DNA from: Fibrobacteria bacterium
Lineage (GTDB): Bacteria; Fibrobacterota; Fibrobacteria; UBA11236; JADFYW01
Assembly: GCA_050294405.1 (NCBI GenBank)
Contig: JBNKOC010000012.1
Coordinates: forward strand, 576,001 to 640,000
Direction: 5' to 3'
Length of the DNA stretch: 64,000 nt
Below the pieces are notes generated by a model. It worked only from the letters and a program-made list of their open reading frames with translations, was not told the DNA's origin and searched no databases. Position 1 is the stretch's first letter; every line of letters begins with the position of its first letter. The position numbers were made by a program, and so were the translations under genes. Below are positions 1 through 7,722 of this stretch, piece by piece.

Positions 1-104
1 GTTGGTATAAAGTGTATTGGAGTCTAGGCGGGTATTTTGTTTTTATACTGGTAGTACTTCTATTTATAAATTCCCTCTCATAAAGGCATTTTAAGGGCCA
101 GTTT

Positions 105-929
105 TTACCTTGTAGTTGCAGCTCTGTTCCCAAGTCCCAGTCTGCAGCGAATAATTGAGGCGCCGAACTCGCGCAATGGCCGTGTTCCAAGGAGTTTGAT
201 TCCTCGTATGGGAACGGCCTCCAGTTTCTCCAACGTAAACGGACTGTCCTCCACAATTTTTTCGAACTTGGCAATGGTCATCTGGTTAAGGCCGCCCTCC
301 ACTTCGGAAAACCTGGTAGCCTCATCTTTTTTAAAATCAGATCGCCAACGTATAAGGGCTTTTTCTGTGAAAATCAAATGGGCCCACGGGAAAATGGAAA
401 ATAAATGACCGCCCCGAGGATGGAGCCATGTGGGGCCAAAAGAGGCGAGAACTACGCCCCCCGGACGCAAAAGTTTACGCATTTTTCCCAGAACAGCTGC
501 GGGATTGGAGAAATGTTCAAAAGCATCCTTACTGACAATGATTTCCGTAGCTTCATCCGTTTCTCTCACGAATTCGCAGCGATCTTCCACACCTGATTCC
601 TTTGCTTGGTTTGTGGCGAATTCAAGCCTTTTCTCCTGAATATCAAGGCCTATCACTTTGGCCGCACCCATTTTCACCATTTCCAGGGCCTCACGCCCCT
701 CTCCACATCCGAATTCGATTACGGATTTTCCCTGGATAATATCAAAAAAATCTTCTCCGAAAAAATGCAGTAACTCTTCGCTAACCCCAGCTTCGGGGAC
801 GCTATTATTTGAAGCTTCCCGGACAAGCCGCCCTTCTTTTGGGGCTATTTTCCGCAAGATCCGATAACCCAGTTTGCCACCCAAAAATCCCATAAAGATC
901 AATGTAGCCAAGCCCATTGCAAAACCCAA
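105..929 (-). CDS. Class I SAM-dependent methyltransferase
   Basis: Motif I VIEFGCGEG, acidic GLDI, DAFEHF, LLRPGG. TTG start uncertain. Lies directly downstream of the radical SAM genes on the same strand. Confidence 0.85.
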   Translation of the reverse strand: MGFAMGLATLIFMGFLGGKLGYRILRKIAPKEGRLVREASNNSVPEAGVSEELLHFFGEDFFDIIQGKSVIEFGCGEGREALEMVKMGAAKVIGLDIQEKRLEFATNQAKESGVEDRCEFVRETDEATEIIVSKDAFEHFSNPAAVLGKMRKLLRPGGVVLASFGPTWLHPRGGHLFSIFPWAHLIFTEKALIRWRSDFKKDEATRFSEVEGGLNQMTIAKFEKIVEDSPFTLEKLEAVPIRGIKLLGTRPLREFGASIIRCRLGLGNRAATTR

Positions 930-966
930 GCAAATGTATTTTCTTCAAAGATTTCAGCTTTAAAAG

Positions 967-2043
967 TTAGGCGCTATATTTCTTTAATTCTTCGAAAACT
1001 TCGTGCTGGATTTCCGAACGTTCACAAGCTTCGCTGGAAGCTCCATAAAAGTCGCCATCTACTTTTTCAGCCAGTGCTGGGCAGCGACCGCAATAACTTT
1101 GGTGCCCGCAAGAAGAGCATTCGCTTAAAGAGTCTAAGCTAACAGCTCTGGCTTTTAAAAATTCAGGAGAACTTTCCCAAATGTTCTTTAAACTGTTTTC
1201 CAGTAAGTTCCCCGCAGAATGTTTTTGCTGAATGCAGGAATACACTTCCCCATAAGGATTAATAGTTAAAAATAAAATTCCCGCATTACATTGAAGTTGG
1301 TAATCGCAAAAATTTTCCCGAACCAATTTATTTTGCGCATCTAAATCGTTTAAAGGGTTTTCGCTAATATGGTAAACATCGGGATTTGAATATACTTGCT
1401 TTAGTTGTTCTCTGCTTAGTTTTTCGTTAAGCACAGATGTGTCATTTCCATTGGCGGGCATTATGGTTGTGTCATAGTGACATACGGCTCCATAGCCTTC
1501 CACCAGGCTTTTTACTTTTTCGTAGTCTTTAAAATTTCTCTTCATGATTAAACATTTGACCCGGGTATGTAGCTGGGCATCATGGAGTAGGGCCAAGGCC
1601 TTTAAGGTGGCGGTATGGGAGCCTTTTTGTTTAGCGATTTCATCATGTACTTCAGGATGGATGGAAAATAAAGTCAGGCTTACTTCCAGAACTCCCATTT
1701 TTTTTAAAAATTGCGCCCGTTCTGTAGTTAACATGGTTCCATTGGTAAATACATTAAGGGCAAAACCCAGGTTTTTGGCTTTTTCTAAAATAAGTTCGAA
1801 ATCCGGATGGCTATATACTTCTCCTCCAGTAAGAGTCAGGTGTAAAACTCCCAAGTTTGCCAATTGTTGCATGGCATTGATGATTTGCGCAGTGCTTAGT
1901 TCTTGTTTTTTCTGGTGATGGTTAAAACAGTGAAAACATTTTAAATTGCATTTGTAAGTCAATTCTATTAACGCGCTGTATGGTTTGTTTTGGGCCCTAT
2001 ATAACTGGCCCACTTCATCCATCAATGAAAATGATGCATCCAT
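967..2043 (-). CDS. Radical SAM/SPASM domain peptide maturase (rSAM-1)
   Basis: ELTYKCNLKCFHC (CxxxCxxC), TGGE, and SPASM C..GEVYSC..GNL..CSSCxxxxxCxxC..C. ATG 2043 preferred over the TTG at 2067. Confidence 0.93.
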   Translation of the reverse strand: MDASFSLMDEVGQLYRAQNKPYSALIELTYKCNLKCFHCFNHHQKKQELSTAQIINAMQQLANLGVLHLTLTGGEVYSHPDFELILEKAKNLGFALNVFTNGTMLTTERAQFLKKMGVLEVSLTLFSIHPEVHDEIAKQKGSHTATLKALALLHDAQLHTRVKCLIMKRNFKDYEKVKSLVEGYGAVCHYDTTIMPANGNDTSVLNEKLSREQLKQVYSNPDVYHISENPLNDLDAQNKLVRENFCDYQLQCNAGILFLTINPYGEVYSCIQQKHSAGNLLENSLKNIWESSPEFLKARAVSLDSLSECSSCGHQSYCGRCPALAEKVDGDFYGASSEACERSEIQHEVFEELKKYSA

Positions 2044-2047
2044 AGTT

Positions 2048-2058
2048 TTATTATACCA
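2048..2058 (-). promoter_or_regulatory. Putative extended -10 element (TGGTATAATAA) just upstream of the rSAM-1 ATG
   Basis: TGnTATAAT on the minus strand, ending 6 nt before ATG 2043. Confidence 0.4.
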
Positions 2059-2075
2059 AGGAGCCAAATACGAAG

Positions 2076-2366
2076 CTAGCTGGCAGAAACCTCAATTAAT
2101 CCTTTTTCGGCAATTTCGCTAATAAAGCCCTGTATATCGTTGCTAGCGGTGTGGGCATCTGTGTCGTAAAGTTCGCAAATATCCTCGACAATACTGGCCA
2201 TAGTTTTTTTTCCGCCCTCAAGGCTTTTCCATATGGCAACGGCACTGTGGTTGAGACGATGTACCTGATTGGATTTTGGGGTGATGGCGATTAGGTATTC
2301 TCCCAAATACCTCCAGGCAATGTCAGGGTTGCGGTGGATGTAAGATTTTAAGTTCATTTTTTCCAT
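2076..2366 (-). CDS. PqqD family peptide chaperone (RiPP recognition element)
   Basis: 96 aa with LNHSAVAIWKSL, IVEDICELYD, DIQGFISEIAEKGLI, the typical PqqD/RRE pattern. Sits between two SPASM enzymes. Confidence 0.9.
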   Translation of the reverse strand: MEKMNLKSYIHRNPDIAWRYLGEYLIAITPKSNQVHRLNHSAVAIWKSLEGGKKTMASIVEDICELYDTDAHTASNDIQGFISEIAEKGLIEVSAS

Positions 2367-2378
2367 GTTATATCCAGG

Positions 2379-3470
2379 TTAGGATTTATTTCCCTTAATA
2401 TATATTTCTTCCAATACCCCTGCTTCCATGCATGTCCAGGGCTCGGAGCCTGTATATTTTCCAGTGTTCGCATAGATAGAACCAGAGCTGCGCCTGCAAT
2501 AGGCTTTCTGGGGACATTCCCGGCAGTCTTCAAAATCTTTAAGCTCAAGTCCCCGAATCTTATTTAGTACAGGAGAGTTGTGCCATATTTCTTTAAAACT
2601 TTTTTTGCGCAAATTTCCCGAGGGAATAGGCGCTCCTATACAGGGATAAACTTCTCCGAACGCAGATATGCCGCACATTCCCCTGGCGCAGCTGCATTGC
2701 ACCGAGGCATCGGGGTCTTTATCTGGTTGCGGCAAATAAGAATGTAAACTGTTGCTATATAACTCCATAAGCTCTTCACGATTTAACCTATTGTCCAAAG
2801 AGGAATCCGTGCCGTCATAGCGGGCGGTTATTTGGGGGTTTAAGTTAAAGCTTACAGAGAGCTCGTTGCACAATTCCATGAAAGCATCCACTTCAGCGAA
2901 ATTTCGATTGGTGATAACATAATTTATCCGGCAAAATAAACCCTGCTTTTTGCACTCCCCAATTCCAGCAATAATTTTTTCAAAAGAGCCTGGCACCCGG
3001 GTTAAATGATCATGGCTATTTGCCTGGGCTCCATATAAACTTATTTCCAACCCAAATATTCCCGCCTCTTTTAACCGTTTTACCATATTTGGATTAAGAA
3101 GCATGCCATTGGTTTTTAAATAAACAGCCATATTTTTTTGCCGTATATGCCTGACAATATCAAAAAAGCCGGGATGTACTAATGCTTCGCCACCTGTAAG
3201 GGTAATTTCCAGTGCGCCTTCCTCGTACAGCTCATCTATTATATTTGAAATTTCCAAAACGCTCAGCTGCGCTTGTGGAAAAACTTTTTCTTTGGGGAGG
3301 GCTCTGTCAAAGTTATAGCAATGTTGGCATTTAAAATTGCAATCTACGGTAATTTCAAAGGTAATGTGCAGAGGGATGTTATTTTCTTCCACCCATTTTC
3401 TGGTGGCTATTGAAAGTTCCCCCTGAGGTGAAAAATTACTGTTGCCAATTCCTCCGTAGCTGTTAGCCAT
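2379..3470 (-). CDS. Radical SAM/SPASM domain peptide maturase (rSAM-2)
   Basis: EITVDCNFKCQHC, TGGE, and SPASM CSC..GEVYPC..GNL..CRECxxxxxC..C. Confidence 0.93.
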   Translation of the reverse strand: MANSYGGIGNSNFSPQGELSIATRKWVEENNIPLHITFEITVDCNFKCQHCYNFDRALPKEKVFPQAQLSVLEISNIIDELYEEGALEITLTGGEALVHPGFFDIVRHIRQKNMAVYLKTNGMLLNPNMVKRLKEAGIFGLEISLYGAQANSHDHLTRVPGSFEKIIAGIGECKKQGLFCRINYVITNRNFAEVDAFMELCNELSVSFNLNPQITARYDGTDSSLDNRLNREELMELYSNSLHSYLPQPDKDPDASVQCSCARGMCGISAFGEVYPCIGAPIPSGNLRKKSFKEIWHNSPVLNKIRGLELKDFEDCRECPQKAYCRRSSGSIYANTGKYTGSEPWTCMEAGVLEEIYIKGNKS

Positions 3471-3535
3471 AATGAAGTTTATAATACCTTTTTTTAAAAT
3501 AGGGACAAAGCGAAAATTATTTTTAGTTTAAAGCC

Positions 3536-4354
3536 ATGGAAAATCAAAAGCCTAAGGGGTTCCTCCTTCTTTTAGAAATTGCAGGTTTACGCTGTGTCTT
3601 GAGCTTAAAAAACAAGAAACTTTTAACTGCCATAGAACGCCGATATAAAGGTTATTTAAAAAGCCCCGCAAAATATAAGGCTCATTTTAGTTTGGAAATT
3701 TCCACCAGTGTGAGGCATTTTTCCAGAAGCATGAAGCCAAAAATTATTTCCCTGGATGGGGAAAACGACTCCCTGTTAAAAAGGAGAGATTTTGAAGCTA
3801 ATATTAAAAATAAGAGCGTAAAAGCATCTATACATCCCTCCATATTCTCACTGGATGCACTAATTAGAATTTTATGGGCAGGGTTTTTGCCAAAACATAA
3901 CGGCCTTTTGTTGCATTCTTCGGCCATTGTGCAGCACAAAAAGGCTTATATATTTTCAGGTAAATCCGGTGCTGGAAAAACCACTATTTCCCGTTTGTCC
4001 GGGGGGCAAATTTTAAATGATGAAATTGTGGCTTTGTGTAAAAACAACACCGGAAAATGGAAAGTATGGGGAACCCCATTTTGGGGGGAAATGGGAAGCG
4101 GCCCCCACTATCCCAAAGGATATCCATTGGGCCAACTATATTTTATAAACAAAAGCAAAAAAAACTTTGTGGAAGATTTAAGCCCAATGGAATCCCTGGC
4201 TCCCCTTATGAAAGTGATTTGCTTTTTTGAATCTGCCACAAATTCAACTCAGCAGCTTTTAAACTTGGCTTTGATTTTCTTGGGTAGCCATCCTCCAAAG
4301 ATGTTATTCTTTGATAAAAGTCCCGAATATTTAAAGCTGCTTAAAGGCAGATAA
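3536..4354 (+). CDS. HPr-kinase-related P-loop protein (ScmC-like)
   Basis: LLLHSSAI, Walker A SGKSGAGKTT, ILNDE, WGTPFWG: the HprK/PEPCK-like signature seen in PqqD/SPASM clusters. Confidence 0.8.
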   Translation: MENQKPKGFLLLLEIAGLRCVLSLKNKKLLTAIERRYKGYLKSPAKYKAHFSLEISTSVRHFSRSMKPKIISLDGENDSLLKRRDFEANIKNKSVKASIHPSIFSLDALIRILWAGFLPKHNGLLLHSSAIVQHKKAYIFSGKSGAGKTTISRLSGGQILNDEIVALCKNNTGKWKVWGTPFWGEMGSGPHYPKGYPLGQLYFINKSKKNFVEDLSPMESLAPLMKVICFFESATNSTQQLLNLALIFLGSHPPKMLFFDKSPEYLKLLKGR

Positions 4355-4370
4355 AAAAAACTAGCCCATT

Positions 4371-4793
4371 ATGGAACTCCGCCAAAAAAAAGCATTGGAA
4401 CTGGCTCTCCAGGAATTTGGGGAGTCTTGGGTAAAGCTTGGAGGCTGGAGCATGTGGCCTTTTATTAGGAACGGGGATGAGGTCCTTTTAAAACCTTTGG
4501 CAAAAAAAAACATGTCGGGACGGATTGTAGGGTATTTTGCAGGGAATCAGCTAATTGTGCATCGGGTGCTGCGGGAAGAGTGGCGGGAAAATGGCTTGTG
4601 TTTTATGGTGGAAGGGGATTTTAATCCAAATTCTGCTGTTTGGATAAATTCTTGCGATTGTCTCGGGCAAGTGGTGCGAATCCGTAGAAATGGACAGCTT
4701 TTGCCTAAATTTTTTGCTGGGCGGCTTTTTGCCTTTCCCCGAATATTTAGCTATTTGGTGAAAGCTTTTAAAAAGACTCCAAAAGCCCAATAG
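4371..4793 (+). CDS. Soluble S24/S26 family peptidase
   Basis: GWSMWPFIRNGD (catalytic Ser), IVHRV (His in place of Lys), GD motif. No TM or signal segment. Confidence 0.85.
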   Translation: MELRQKKALELALQEFGESWVKLGGWSMWPFIRNGDEVLLKPLAKKNMSGRIVGYFAGNQLIVHRVLREEWRENGLCFMVEGDFNPNSAVWINSCDCLGQVVRIRRNGQLLPKFFAGRLFAFPRIFSYLVKAFKKTPKAQ

Positions 4794-4809
4794 CCTCTTC
4801 GGCCACTCC

Positions 4810-4838
4810 TTGAAACCCGTTGCCGCCCGTGGTATAAT
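4810..4838 (+). promoter_or_regulatory. Sigma70-like promoter for the export/surface operon
   Basis: TTGAAA (4810-4815), 17 bp spacer, TATAAT (4833-4838), with an extended TG. Confidence 0.6.
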
Positions 4839-4988
4839 AAGTCAGTAGTTGAAATCCCGTTTTAATTTTAAGGCAGCATATAATCAAAAAATATCGGGAC
4901 TGAAAAGTTTTGTTTCAAAAGGAATGAATAACATAAGTACAGGACCAAAATGTCAGGAAAGTCACATTAGCCTATTAAATAACATCAG

Positions 4989-6719
4989 ATGAAAAGCTTT
5001 TTAACCATATGCATGCTCTTTAGCTCCTGGGCTTATTCCCCAATGGCTGCCGAATGGCCGGGCTTTCGGGGAAACCCTGAGCGTACCGGATTTTATTCCC
5101 GCGCCGTGGGCGTTCCGGAAAAAAATGCGGAGCCTCAGTGGAAAATTAAACTTCCCGGAGCTGTTATTTCTTCCCCGGCTATTGAAAATGGATATGTATA
5201 TATCGGAGCCAGAGATTCCAGTGTGTATTGCTTGGATGCCAAAACCGGCGAAGTGATTTGGAAAGTGAAAACCGGTGGCTGGGTGGATAGTTCGCCTACT
5301 ATACATAAGGATATAGTATACGTGGGTTCCAGAGATGGTTATTTATATGCCCTGGATAAAAAATCAGGAGATGTAATCAACAAGTATCCCGCTGGATTGC
5401 AATTGTCCTCACCTGCGGTTTATAACGATGAAAGCGTAATAACAGGCCTGGGCCCTCCGGTGAACGGAGTTTCTTCCTTTCCTTTAAGGGCTAGAAGCAC
5501 GAAAATTGTGGATACAGTTTGGAGCCAACCCCTTCCTCAAATGAGCTATTCATCACCAGCCTTATCCAGAAATATTATGGTTATTGGCGCTAGTAATGGC
5601 AAAATGTATGGAAAAGATGCTTCCACCGGGGAAAATTTGTGGGATATTCAAACCCAAGGGGGCGTTTATTTGTCTACCCCATCCATTGATGACAGTGTGG
5701 TATATTTTTCTCCGGGGAACCTGGACCAAAACATATATGTAAATCGACTTGAAAACGGCGAGGAACTGCGCAAGGTTTCCATCGGAGGGCCCCAGGGTTC
5801 TGTGCCTTCGGGCTATTTGCGTAAAACGGGTGCAGGTCCTAAATATATCCATCCCCATGTATTTAAACAGCTGTTAAGGTTATCGCCTGAAGACAGGCAG
5901 ATGTATATGGACCAACTTAACTCAGAGGGTTACAAGCTCAATAAACTGTCAGCCAAAGGTCCCGAAGAAGAAAGCTACAAATGGATTCCCATAGGAGGAA
6001 TGAAAACTTCTTCCGTGGCCGTTGGACCAAATAATGCCTATGTTATTCAAAAATATCTGGGATTTTTGGAAACCTCCCCCAATCAATTCGATTATCGGCC
6101 TTATTTTATACTGACCTCAGTGGATAAATCCAAGGGAAAGCAATCCTGGCAATTCCATAAAGTATTGGATTCCGAAAGGCTGGGTTACGCCTCCTCACCT
6201 ATAGTAAGTAACTATTTAAAAGGGGGCCAGGTGGTGTTTTTTGGCTGGGGTGAAGGACGGGTTTATGCCCTTCATGACGACAAGGGGAAATCAGAGCCCC
6301 AAATCCTTTGGGAAGACAAATTGCAGGGCCATGTTATTTCTTCGCCAGCCCTTGCGGATGGCCAACTTTATTTTGCCACCACCGAAGGCTATGTATATGC
6401 ATATCCGGTGGCTGTGGCCGCTAATCCCGCAGCTTTGAAAGAAGGCGTGTACGCCTATCCAAATCCGGTGCGTAAACGGGCTACGGAAGTCAATATTAAT
6501 TTTGATCTCTCCGGCTCTACTGCTGATGTTAGTCTTGTAGTGTACAATACCGCTGAAAGGCCGGTTTTCAGAGACAACTTCCGGGTAAATACGGTTATGT
6601 CCTACAGTTGGAAACTAAAAGGCGTGGCTAACGGCGTGTATTTTGCCAAAGTAGTTGTGGATTACGACAGCGGTGGTTCCGATTCCAAATGGATAAAAAT
6701 TGCGGTGCTCAGGGAATGA
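4989..6719 (+). CDS. Secreted PQQ-binding-like (BamB-type) beta-propeller protein with T9SS-type C-terminal domain
   Basis: Signal peptide, WPGFRGNPERTG, repeated SSP..VYxG..DG..YALD..TG..W blades, and a C-terminal YAYPNP...VYN...GVYFAKV. Confidence 0.85.
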   Translation: MKSFLTICMLFSSWAYSPMAAEWPGFRGNPERTGFYSRAVGVPEKNAEPQWKIKLPGAVISSPAIENGYVYIGARDSSVYCLDAKTGEVIWKVKTGGWVDSSPTIHKDIVYVGSRDGYLYALDKKSGDVINKYPAGLQLSSPAVYNDESVITGLGPPVNGVSSFPLRARSTKIVDTVWSQPLPQMSYSSPALSRNIMVIGASNGKMYGKDASTGENLWDIQTQGGVYLSTPSIDDSVVYFSPGNLDQNIYVNRLENGEELRKVSIGGPQGSVPSGYLRKTGAGPKYIHPHVFKQLLRLSPEDRQMYMDQLNSEGYKLNKLSAKGPEEESYKWIPIGGMKTSSVAVGPNNAYVIQKYLGFLETSPNQFDYRPYFILTSVDKSKGKQSWQFHKVLDSERLGYASSPIVSNYLKGGQVVFFGWGEGRVYALHDDKGKSEPQILWEDKLQGHVISSPALADGQLYFATTEGYVYAYPVAVAANPAALKEGVYAYPNPVRKRATEVNINFDLSGSTADVSLVVYNTAERPVFRDNFRVNTVMSYSWKLKGVANGVYFAKVVVDYDSGGSDSKWIKIAVLRE

Positions 6720-7687
6720 TTATGAAAAGATACATACTACATAGTTCCCTAATAAGCCTTGTGCTTTTATTTTCCTACGGGATAACCCCGGCATTTTCCC
6801 AGGATTTTGCCTCGCGTTCTTATGCGGAATTCGGCGCGGAATATTTAAAACTGCCACGCCATGCGGGGACAGCCAGTCTTGCCAACGCCAGCGCCGCCTG
6901 GGAAGAAAACCTGCTGGGCCTTCAATACAATCCGGGGCTTATTGGTTACAATAGCCAACATCATGTAAACCTAAGCTATACCTTTTTAACCCTGGACAGG
7001 CTTCATTACAGTTTGGAATATGTAAGCCCTAAATATTACGGTCAGAATTTTGGGGTTTCTATTACCAGCTTTGGCGTAAAAGATATTGAGGAAAGAGACG
7101 ATACCGGCCAATTAAACGGCCATTTTGATGATACGGAAATTGCGGCTGATTTTCTGGCTGGGGGACAGCTCAAAGGCTGGTTTAGTTATGGAATAGCTTT
7201 ACGATATATACATCAGCAATTGGGCGAATTTAATGAGTCTGGAGCTAAAGGTTTTGGCATGGATATAGGTGTGCATTACAAGCCAATGGAAAAAATAGGA
7301 ATAGGGGCGAGTTTGCAAAATTTAGGTTCTTATTTGTGGTGGGAAACCGGACGCGAGGATCAAGTGGTGCCCATATTCAGGCTTGGAGTAAATGGAAATA
7401 TTGTGGACTCGGTGCTCAAGGCGGAAATAGACATTGTCAAACCCTATTCTCAACCCATTGAATCTAACATTGGAGTGGAGGGAAAAATATTAAGGGTAAT
7501 AGCCGTTCGCGTTGGAATTGTAAATGCGCTAACCTATGATGCGGATGGCGCTGTATATATGGATCCAGAATTTTTTCTGGGAGTGGGGTTGTCCCACAAA
7601 TTCTTTGGGTTTGAATATGCGGCCATGAAACCGGGTTCGGAACTGGGAATGGGGCATAAATTTTCGTTGCAGGTCAATTTTAATTAA
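6689..7687 (+). CDS. PorV/PorQ-family outer-membrane beta-barrel
   Basis: Signal peptide, AEYLKL..ASLANA..YNPG N-terminus, amphipathic strands (GFGMDIG, GASLQNLG), terminal HKFSLQVNFN. The true start may be 6716 or 6722. Confidence 0.8.
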   Translation: MDKNCGAQGMIMKRYILHSSLISLVLLFSYGITPAFSQDFASRSYAEFGAEYLKLPRHAGTASLANASAAWEENLLGLQYNPGLIGYNSQHHVNLSYTFLTLDRLHYSLEYVSPKYYGQNFGVSITSFGVKDIEERDDTGQLNGHFDDTEIAADFLAGGQLKGWFSYGIALRYIHQQLGEFNESGAKGFGMDIGVHYKPMEKIGIGASLQNLGSYLWWETGREDQVVPIFRLGVNGNIVDSVLKAEIDIVKPYSQPIESNIGVEGKILRVIAVRVGIVNALTYDADGAVYMDPEFFLGVGLSHKFFGFEYAAMKPGSELGMGHKFSLQVNFN

Positions 7688-7722
7688 GGACCCATTTCAT
7701 TTGCGAAAATGGGACTTGTAAT

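Noticed and set aside
4924..4992. 22-codon uORF (MNNISTGPKCQESHISLLNNIR) overlapping the ATG at 4989
   Set aside because: No leader motif and a length expected by chance, so it is not supportable as a second precursor.
967..6719. PQQ biosynthesis (PqqD + PqqE-like rSAM + PQQ-type propeller)
   Set aside because: No pqqB or pqqC, the peptide lacks the ExxxY motif, and the propellers are BamB-like repeats without recognisable dehydrogenase motifs.
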